Assembly: GCA_038245785.1 (NCBI GenBank)
Contig: JBBRSB010000033.1
Location: forward strand, 1-55,803
From: Gloeobacterales cyanobacterium
GTDB lineage: Bacteria > Cyanobacteriota > Cyanobacteriia > Gloeobacterales > PMM-0068
Length of the DNA: 55,803 nucleotides
Direction: 5' to 3'
Shown here piece by piece: positions 49,078 through 55,803 of the stretch. Both the position numbers and the translations under genes were made by a program. Each line of letters starts with the position of its first letter. The first letter of the stretch is position 1. A model generated the notes under the pieces. It saw only the letters and a program-made list of their open reading frames with translations, did not search any database and was not told where the DNA came from.

Positions 49078-50313
49078 TTAGCTAGAGGGCGTTAAGAAGA
49101 TAATTTGCTGCTTTTGGAGCGATCGTACTCCCTCTAAATTCGCATCCACTGCTTGCAGAATTTCGCCGACCGTTTTTTGTGGGGTCTCTTGCTCTGCACA
49201 GGCGAGTAAGAACCGCCACTCTGACTCATTTAGACTGACGATCTCATACTCGTAATTGAAAAAATTAGGGCTGTCTTTCCATCCATCCATACAGGGACTA
49301 AGTTCAGGAATGGCAGACAAGAGGGCTGTATCTGACGACCAGTCCGGCTTGGGTAAAGGACTGCACCCCAAAAAGAACTCGTAGTGTGAAATCATTTGCG
49401 GATCTAAAAGTTCAATCAGCCGATAGCGTTCGCGTTCACTCAAATGTTCTGCCCGTTCCATTAAGGCGGGATCTGTTCCGATTAATTGCTTTAAGCGGGC
49501 TAGGTCCCAAGCCCGAGGATTAGAGAAGCCGATAAACTCTAAATCCGATGCATCAATTAACTCAAAAACGGTACGGATGTTGTAATCAATCTCGTGAGGG
49601 TGGACATACATATCAGCGAAGTATTCATCGCGCTGATTTTCCCAGGACCAGCGCTCTTGTTCTCGTTGACGGAGGCGATTATCTTCTGGTAGCGCTGCAA
49701 AAAGTTGTCGCCCAATGCCGATGCCGTCTGTGTAATCTCCTCGTTTCTCTCCTTGAAGTAAGGCAATGGCCTCTTGCATCAACTGAATCTCCCATCGCCC
49801 CAGCTCACCGTACACGAAAATATGGATCAAACCGCCGGGAGCAAGCTTTTTCGCCAGTGCTTGGATGCCGCGAATCGGGTCAGGCGTGTGGTGCAGTACC
49901 CCCACACAGTTAATCAGATTAAATTCGCCCTCTAGCTGCTCCGCATCAAAGAGACTGAGGTGATGAAACTCCGCCCGTGCCGCTCCTGTTCGCGAGTCGG
50001 CAACAACGCCACTTTTTTGGCAACGCTCTTGTGCCACAGCTAAGGCCCCGGCACTCAAATCAATGCCAACTAGCGCTGCAGTAGGATTTAGATGGAGCAA
50101 GTATTCTGTTCCAACCCCCGTACCACAGCCTGCGTCTAGGATGCGGGGATGGTGCACGGATGGTTTTTGTCCAGTGCAAAAGTTGTAGGCTGCTGACCAG
50201 TTCCAGCGCCAGTTATAGCCTGGAGGCGGTTCACTTAATAAGGTTTCCGCTGGGAATGGGTAGGTATCGTAGAGTCTGGCAACTGCGGCACTGATAGTTT
50301 GAGGATCTGACAT
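49078..50313 (-). CDS. cpcM: Phycobiliprotein beta-subunit Asn methyltransferase
   Basis: LYDTYPFP..PPPGYNWRW, ILDAGCGTG, FADMYVHPHE; located in the cpc cluster. Confidence 0.8.
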   Translation of the reverse strand: MSDPQTISAAVARLYDTYPFPAETLLSEPPPGYNWRWNWSAAYNFCTGQKPSVHHPRILDAGCGTGVGTEYLLHLNPTAALVGIDLSAGALAVAQERCQKSGVVADSRTGAARAEFHHLSLFDAEQLEGEFNLINCVGVLHHTPDPIRGIQALAKKLAPGGLIHIFVYGELGRWEIQLMQEAIALLQGEKRGDYTDGIGIGRQLFAALPEDNRLRQREQERWSWENQRDEYFADMYVHPHEIDYNIRTVFELIDASDLEFIGFSNPRAWDLARLKQLIGTDPALMERAEHLSERERYRLIELLDPQMISHYEFFLGCSPLPKPDWSSDTALLSAIPELSPCMDGWKDSPNFFNYEYEIVSLNESEWRFLLACAEQETPQKTVGEILQAVDANLEGVRSLQKQQIIFLTPSS

Positions 50314-50440
50314 AAGTGGATTCGAATCTGTTAACAGAGAGCTTACTCCCTAAATCTCGCGATACTCCTATGTTTCTCTTCGCCTCTAGAACGGGTAGTG
50401 TCCAGAGTAAGATCCTTGTCATATTTTCTGTATGCATGTC

Positions 50441-51037
50441 ATGACATCCTCAAAATCCTTGATCACTCTGGCCCGCTGGATGGCGGGAGATTTTAGTAAT
50501 CGAGAGCAGGCTTTCCGGGACCCTGCCTTTTTTTCTCAAATCCGGGTGTGCCACCGTCCTCTACCCTATGAGCTGCTGCAGGGCATCGGGTTCTACGTTG
50601 AGCAGGCCTATGACGTATATATGGATAGCCCCTATCGCGTAAGAGTCATTCATTTGGTGCCGCAAGGGGAGGCTATTCATATCGAAAACTACAACCTGAA
50701 GGATGGGGAGCGTTTTTGGGGAGCAGCTCGTCAGCCAGAGCGGCTAAAAGAAATAACGCTTCAGGACTTAGAGAAACTAGAGGGCTGTAGCATCATCGTC
50801 CGGCCTGAGGACGATACGGTATTCAAGGGCACTATAGAACCAGGTAGAGCTTGTAAAGTATTTCGTAAAGAGCAAATGACCTATTTGGTCACCGAAGTCG
50901 AAATCCGGGAAAAAACTTTTCTTAGCCATGACCGAGGATTTGATCCCGAAAGCGACCGTCAGGTGTGGGGTTCCTATTCAGGTCCGTTTGAATTTAGTAA
51001 GTGGACCGACTTTTCTTCAGAAATTTCCAATGGCTAA
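50441..51037 (+). CDS. cpcT: Phycobiliprotein lyase, CpcT/CpeT family
   Basis: LARWMAGDFSNREQA, EQAYD..PYR, DRGFDP..QVWGS..GPFEF. Confidence 0.9.
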   Translation: MTSSKSLITLARWMAGDFSNREQAFRDPAFFSQIRVCHRPLPYELLQGIGFYVEQAYDVYMDSPYRVRVIHLVPQGEAIHIENYNLKDGERFWGAARQPERLKEITLQDLEKLEGCSIIVRPEDDTVFKGTIEPGRACKVFRKEQMTYLVTEVEIREKTFLSHDRGFDPESDRQVWGSYSGPFEFSKWTDFSSEISNG

Positions 51038-51494
51038 AAAAGAAAGCTTAAGAAAGTTTAAGCTTCTAAAAACCAACGAAAGCTAAGTATAAATACTCGG
51101 ATATTTTGTGTCACCATGACTGTCATGGTGGCAGGCCAAACGAACTAGTACTGTTTCATGTTTCTTCTGTCCGAGTACTTGGCATCTGTTTACATAAAGC
51201 AACAATAGAAAAGAGGGCTGAATCCCTGCTGGCATGGGACTCCAGATACTTTTTTTCATAATTCTTCACGTTCATGTCTGGGGACTTCGGTGTATCAATT
51301 TACCTGTGGAGCTAAAAGAGTACAGCAACTTAACAAATGTCTTTTAACTTGCTGAGATTCTTTAGCTTTGGCTGACGGGCGCAGGGTATCGTAACTTCCG
51401 GGTTGGCTGTGAACGCATTATTCTCAGACCTCTCTGTGGAGCCCAAGTCTGTTGGTTGTATTTGAGACCTTTTTACTCTTAGGAGAACCGTCGA

Positions 51495-52013
51495 ATGAAC
51501 GATGTATTCACAAGAGCAATTGCCCAAGCTGACCTCAAGGGCTCTTTCCTTCTTGAGTCCGATATTGATCGGCTTGCAGGCTTTGCTAGTGATGGGAACA
51601 AGCGCTTGGACGCTGTTGCTGCTCTAACCAACAACGCTGCTGCCATCATTAGTGATGCCGCTCATAAACTTTTTGCTGAGCAGCCTGCTTTGATTCAGCC
51701 CGGTGGAAATGCTTACCCCAACCGCCGTATGGCTGCTTGCTTGCGCGATATGGAAATCATCCTGCGCTACGTCAGCTATGCCATGCTTGCTGGCGACCCT
51801 GCTGTTTTGGATGACCGTTGCTTGAATGGTCTTCGTGAGACCTACAACGCTTTGGGCACCCCCACCCAGTCTGTAGCTCGTGCTGTTTCTTTGATGAAAG
51901 ATTCAGCTATGAACTATCTGAAAGATTCTAGCAATGTCACCAAAGGTGATTGTGCTGGTCTTTATTCTGAAGCCGCTACCTACTTTGACAAGGCTGCCTC
52001 TGCCATCGCCTAA
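51495..52013 (+). CDS. cpcB: Phycocyanin beta subunit
   Basis: [39 protein letters not shown]. Confidence 0.97.
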   Translation: MNDVFTRAIAQADLKGSFLLESDIDRLAGFASDGNKRLDAVAALTNNAAAIISDAAHKLFAEQPALIQPGGNAYPNRRMAACLRDMEIILRYVSYAMLAGDPAVLDDRCLNGLRETYNALGTPTQSVARAVSLMKDSAMNYLKDSSNVTKGDCAGLYSEAATYFDKAASAIA

Positions 52014-52043
52014 GCAAACAAAAAGTTTGGAGATTTTGACATT

Positions 52044-52535
52044 ATGTCCAGAACTGTAATCACTGAAGTTATCTCTACTGCAGATAGCCAAGGCCGTTTC
52101 CTGAACAGCACTGAGCTACAAGCAGCTTTCGGTCGTTTCCAGCGTGCTATTCCTGCTTTGGAAGCCGCTCGTGCTTTGACCAAAAACCAGGAAACCCTGG
52201 TCCGTGGTGCTGTACAAGCTGTTTATAGAAAGTATCCCTACCTCACCCAGCCCGGTGAAATGGGTTACGGCGACAGCAACCAAGCCAAGTGTGCTCGTGA
52301 CATCGGCTACTACCTACGCTTCGTTACCTACTGCTTGGTAGCTAGCGGAACCGGTCCTCTTGATGATTACGTCATTGCTGGTTTGCGCGAAGTTAACCGT
52401 GCATTCAACCTTTCTCCCAGCTGGTACATCGAAGCCCTTAACTACATGAAGGGTGAAGCTGGCCGGATGCTGAATGGTCAAGCCAAGACCGAAGCTAACC
52501 AATACTTCGACCATGCCATCAACGCACTTAGCTGA
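52044..52535 (+). CDS. cpcA: Phycocyanin alpha subunit
   Basis: [33 protein letters not shown]. Confidence 0.97.
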   Translation: MSRTVITEVISTADSQGRFLNSTELQAAFGRFQRAIPALEAARALTKNQETLVRGAVQAVYRKYPYLTQPGEMGYGDSNQAKCARDIGYYLRFVTYCLVASGTGPLDDYVIAGLREVNRAFNLSPSWYIEALNYMKGEAGRMLNGQAKTEANQYFDHAINALS

Positions 52536-52759
52536 TTGAAGGTTATTGAAGAAGCATAGCCGCTCCTCTGGTCGCAGCCCGACCTAGAGTTGAGTCCGGT
52601 CTTAGGGATGTCTCAACGGGCATCCCTCCTAAGCGGAGGCGGCTGAGTAAAATCCAGCCGCCTTTACTATATTGAGCAATTAAGACGCGTAGTTGCGTTT
52701 TCCCGTCAGATATTAATGATGAGTACAGGGCACACGTCCCCAATTAGGAGGTTTGATTT

Positions 52760-52975
52760 ATGTACGGTCAAAGCACCAGCGATGAAGCGATTAGCGCGAG
52801 TGGTAGTCGGGTTTATAAAGTAACCGTTTCTACGGCGCGGCGTCCAGGTTCCACTGCTCCGATTCGCCGCAGTAACTATACCCTCACCATTCCTTATGAT
52901 CGTCTTACTAGTGAAATGTCACGCATCACGAAGAGTGGTGCCAAAGTAGTGAGTGTCACCTCTGTAGTCGCCTAA
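52760..52975 (+). CDS. cpcD: Rod-capping linker CpcD
   Basis: SGSRVY..IRRSNY..IPYDRLT.EM.RI..SGAKVVSV; AGGAGG RBS. Confidence 0.9.
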   Translation: MYGQSTSDEAISASGSRVYKVTVSTARRPGSTAPIRRSNYTLTIPYDRLTSEMSRITKSGAKVVSVTSVVA

Positions 52976-53045
52976 TAGCCTATCGATAGAGGGCGCAAAT
53001 GCGCCCTTCAATGCAGTTATTAGAGCTACAACACAGGAGACGGTA

Positions 53046-53822
53046 ATGGCTATTAATCTCCAAGGCGTGGGACTTTCGCTAGCAGATGCCATTGAAGCGG
53101 TTAAATCAGGCGATAGCAGTGCCCGCTACTATGCAGCGTGGTATTTGGGGCATCTTCAATCACCAGAATCCATAGACGTTTTGATCTGGGCTTTACAAGA
53201 CGACCAGGATCGCACAGAGTTCGGTGGCTATCCCCTCCGGCGTAAGGCTGCTGAAGCTTTAGGCCGTATTGGTGATCTCCGGGCTGTTCCTTCCCTCCTG
53301 GCAGCTTTGGATTGTTCTGATATTTATGTGCGGGATGCTGTGACATGGGCTTTAGGTGAGTTGGGCGACCTGCGCGCTGTCTCGCCTCTTCTGAATTTAT
53401 TGAAGTCAGAAGAAGAGAAACAGCCTTACGAAGTGCTCATTGAAGCGCTGGGTAAGCTATCCCGTAAAACGGAAGACGCGCTCCTCTTAGCAAAGATAGA
53501 AGCTACGATTCGTACGTATTTAGACCATCCCTCAGAACGGATTCGTTGTGCAGCGGCACGTACGCTCTATCTACTAACGGGTGAGCATCAGCATGGTCAA
53601 TTTTTAATCGACCGTCTTAAGAGTCCCGATGTCCATATCCGGAGAGCGGCTGCCTTCGATTTAGCTGAAATTGCTTATTTTCCCGCCGCAGAAGCCATTG
53701 CCAAGGCTGATCTGACTACAAATTTAAAAGTCCATGCCCTGAAACAAATGGTAGACCTCAGCCCGGACAAAGACCCTGATGCCTTAGAAGGGGTGTTGGC
53801 TGTCATGTCCACTCTGATATAG
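53046..53822 (+). CDS. cpcE: Phycocyanin alpha-subunit lyase CpcE
   Basis: RYYAAWYLG, DRTEFGGYPLRRKAAEALG HEAT repeats. Confidence 0.92.
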   Translation: MAINLQGVGLSLADAIEAVKSGDSSARYYAAWYLGHLQSPESIDVLIWALQDDQDRTEFGGYPLRRKAAEALGRIGDLRAVPSLLAALDCSDIYVRDAVTWALGELGDLRAVSPLLNLLKSEEEKQPYEVLIEALGKLSRKTEDALLLAKIEATIRTYLDHPSERIRCAAARTLYLLTGEHQHGQFLIDRLKSPDVHIRRAAAFDLAEIAYFPAAEAIAKADLTTNLKVHALKQMVDLSPDKDPDALEGVLAVMSTLI

Positions 53823-53898
53823 CTACCGCTAGGGACGTACCTTTACGCCCTCAAGCCTCTGTCCGAACGGTTTTTCCATGTTCCCAAAAGGAGCCGCT

Positions 53899-55803
53899 AT
53901 GTCCGTAGACCAACAATTTCTCGATATGGCTAGAGATCTAGCCAAGAGCCGCTTTGCTGTGAGCAAACTGGATGCTACCGCTCCACCTGCTTATGAAGCA
54001 ACGGCTCCAACTGCCACCCCTATGGTGCCTGGATTGGAGTCCTATGTCTCCATGGCTCGTGCGCTGACGACTAAGCCTAAGAAGAATCTTCCCTTCATGG
54101 ATATGGCGGAAGAATTTGTGGGAAATCGGGCAGAGTACCTCCTACGCAATTACAACCGTCCTTCTTTCTATGGTCAAACAGACACCTACGGACAGGAACG
54201 CATTCGAGCAGTGGGTGCTTTAGGCACTCCGCGCGTGGTTCTGCGGGCTCCTTTCTCGGAATCTGAAGTGCAGGGCGCGCTCTATGCCATTTATAAGCAA
54301 ATCTTTGGCAATACCTATGTAATGGAAAGTGAGCGGCCGATTATTGCTGAATCGCAACTGCGCAATGGCGAACTGACCGTTCGTGGGTTTGTTCGCAATT
54401 TGGTTAAGAGTGAAGTTTATAAGACCCGTTTCTTTTACAAAGCTTCTCAAAATCGGGCGATTGAACTAAGCCATAAGCTTTTGCTCGGTCGCGCTCCCTA
54501 TGACCAAAGTGAAATTTCTAGCCACCTAGACCTGTATGAAAGCCAGGGCTATGAAGCAGAGATGGATTCTTACTTGGATAGTGAGGAATATCTGGAAAAC
54601 TTTGGCGAAGATACTGTTCCCTACTTCCGTGGCTTCAAGTATCAAGTCGGTCAGAGTGCACCCGCCTTCAAGCGCTTACTCGATCTTTACAATGGCTATG
54701 CCACCAGCGATACGGACCGGGCGCAGATAGGACAGGTTGCCCGTCTAACGGAAAGCTTGTCCCTGCCCGTTAAACAAGCGCCAGCTCCTAAGACTGAGGC
54801 AGATCGCTGGCAGTTGGATGTACAGTCTGCTTGGCTAACTCCGACCTATGGGAAGTATTCTGTCTATGCTCATACGGTTACTCACGGTCAAGACCGAATT
54901 CGGGCTACCGCTGCACTAGAAGTTCCAAAAATTGTTCTACGCGCTCCCTTCTCCGAAAGTGAGCTGCAATCGGCCCTGAATGTCATCTACCGCCAGATCT
55001 TCGGTGGTACCCATGTAATGGAGAGTGAGCGCCCTATCTTTGCGGAATCTCAACTACGCAATGGTGAACTGACTGTCCGTGGCTTCATTCGCTCTGTGGT
55101 CAAGACAGAAGCCTACAAGACCCGCTTCTTCTACAAAGCTTCTCAAAACCGCTTTATCGAACTGAATTACAAACTTTTGCTCGGTCGTGCCCCCTATGAC
55201 CAGCAAGAAATCTCTCATCATGTGGCCCTGTATAACTCCAAGGGCTATGACGCAGAGGTGGATTCCTACCTCGATAGTGATGAGTACCTGACCACCTTTG
55301 GCGAAGACACGGTTCCCTACTATCGGGGCTTTGAATATCAAACGGGTCAGAGCAACGCTGGTTTCAACCGGATGAGACAGCTCTATGACGGCTATGCAGG
55401 TAGTGATACAGACCGTCGACGCAATGGTCAGGTCGCTCGTTTAACCGATGACCTAGCCCGTTCCGCTCGGCAAAAATCGGCTCCTCTAGTTACTCCCTCG
55501 GCTTATCAGGCCCCAACCGCCTATCAACCGACACAGCCTTCCTGGTCAGCAACTCCTCAACCTTCTGCCTATAGTCATACAGTCACCAATGGTCAAGACC
55601 GGATTCGGGCTACCGCTGCGCTGGAAGTTCCCAAAATCGTTCTACGCGCTCCCTTCTCCGACAGTGAACTGCAATCGGCTCTGAATGTCATCTATCGCCA
55701 GATCTTTGGTGGCACTCATGTGATGGAAAGTGAGCGTCCTATCTTTGCAGAATCCCAACTGCGGGATGGCAAAACTACCGTCCGTGGCTTCATTCGCTCT
55801 GTA
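53899..55803 (+). CDS. Multi-repeat phycobilisome linker (CpcN-like), 3'-incomplete
   Basis: Open from ATG 53899 (AGGAG RBS) to the window end; PBS-linker domains (IY.QIFG..VMESER, LLGRAP, FGEDTVPY) start near 54190, 54886 and 55591; three N-terminal F/YxxMA motifs. Confidence 0.85.
   Translation, partial: MSVDQQFLDMARDLAKSRFAVSKLDATAPPAYEATAPTATPMVPGLESYVSMARALTTKPKKNLPFMDMAEEFVGNRAEYLLRNYNRPSFYGQTDTYGQERIRAVGALGTPRVVLRAPFSESEVQGALYAIYKQIFGNTYVMESERPIIAESQLRNGELTVRGFVRNLVKSEVYKTRFFYKASQNRAIELSHKLLLGRAPYDQSEISSHLDLYESQGYEAEMDSYLDSEEYLENFGEDTVPYFRGFKYQVGQSAPAFKRLLDLYNGYATSDTDRAQIGQVARLTESLSLPVKQAPAPKTEADRWQLDVQSAWLTPTYGKYSVYAHTVTHGQDRIRATAALEVPKIVLRAPFSESELQSALNVIYRQIFGGTHVMESERPIFAESQLRNGELTVRGFIRSVVKTEAYKTRFFYKASQNRFIELNYKLLLGRAPYDQQEISHHVALYNSKGYDAEVDSYLDSDEYLTTFGEDTVPYYRGFEYQTGQSNAGFNRMRQLYDGYAGSDTDRRRNGQVARLTDDLARSARQKSAPLVTPSAYQAPTAYQPTQPSWSATPQPSAYSHTVTNGQDRIRATAALEVPKIVLRAPFSDSELQSALNVIYRQIFGGTHVMESERPIFAESQLRDGKTTVRGFIRSV

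Noticed and set aside
1..55803. CRISPR array, tRNA/rRNA, integrase or transposase
   Set aside because: No regularly spaced repeats, cloverleaf motifs or recombinase signatures recognised by eye.

Overview
Cyanobacterial chromosome segment, most likely from the thylakoid-less Gloeobacterales and probably Anthocerotibacter-like. This placement is inferred from the CpcB/CpcA sequences, a multi-repeat phycobilisome linker with FxxM-type motifs, and rpsN retained inside the spc cluster. Left to right: (1) 0.1-5.8 kb is a variable hotspot with an integron-type cassette and attC site, three stacked toxin-antitoxin pairs (two with truncated toxins), and sucrose-phosphate synthase plus an AAC(3)-I acetyltransferase bracketed by a diverged 121-bp duplication of the 3' end of a sugar ABC binding-protein gene. 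(2) A minor type IV pilin operon ends in a ComEA-SLBB/HEAT fusion gene. (3) Housekeeping genes (cruA, aroB, miaB, ribD, rsmA, queF, a SigG-like ECF trio) are interspersed with pseudogenes. (4) An rpsS-rplO ribosomal cluster lacks rplB upstream and secY downstream. (5) acpP, yajQ, a dockerin protein, an unannotated mini-prepilin ORF and a convergent GAP1-N-like/TRAFAC GTPase pair follow. (6) lysC, obgE, cdsA and psbP. (7) A phycocyanin cluster, cpcS-cpcM-cpcT-cpcB-cpcA-cpcD-cpcE plus a CpcN-like linker, runs off the window end. I recognised no tRNA, rRNA, CRISPR array, integrase or transposase. All calls are by eye from motifs and recalled family knowledge; no searches were run.
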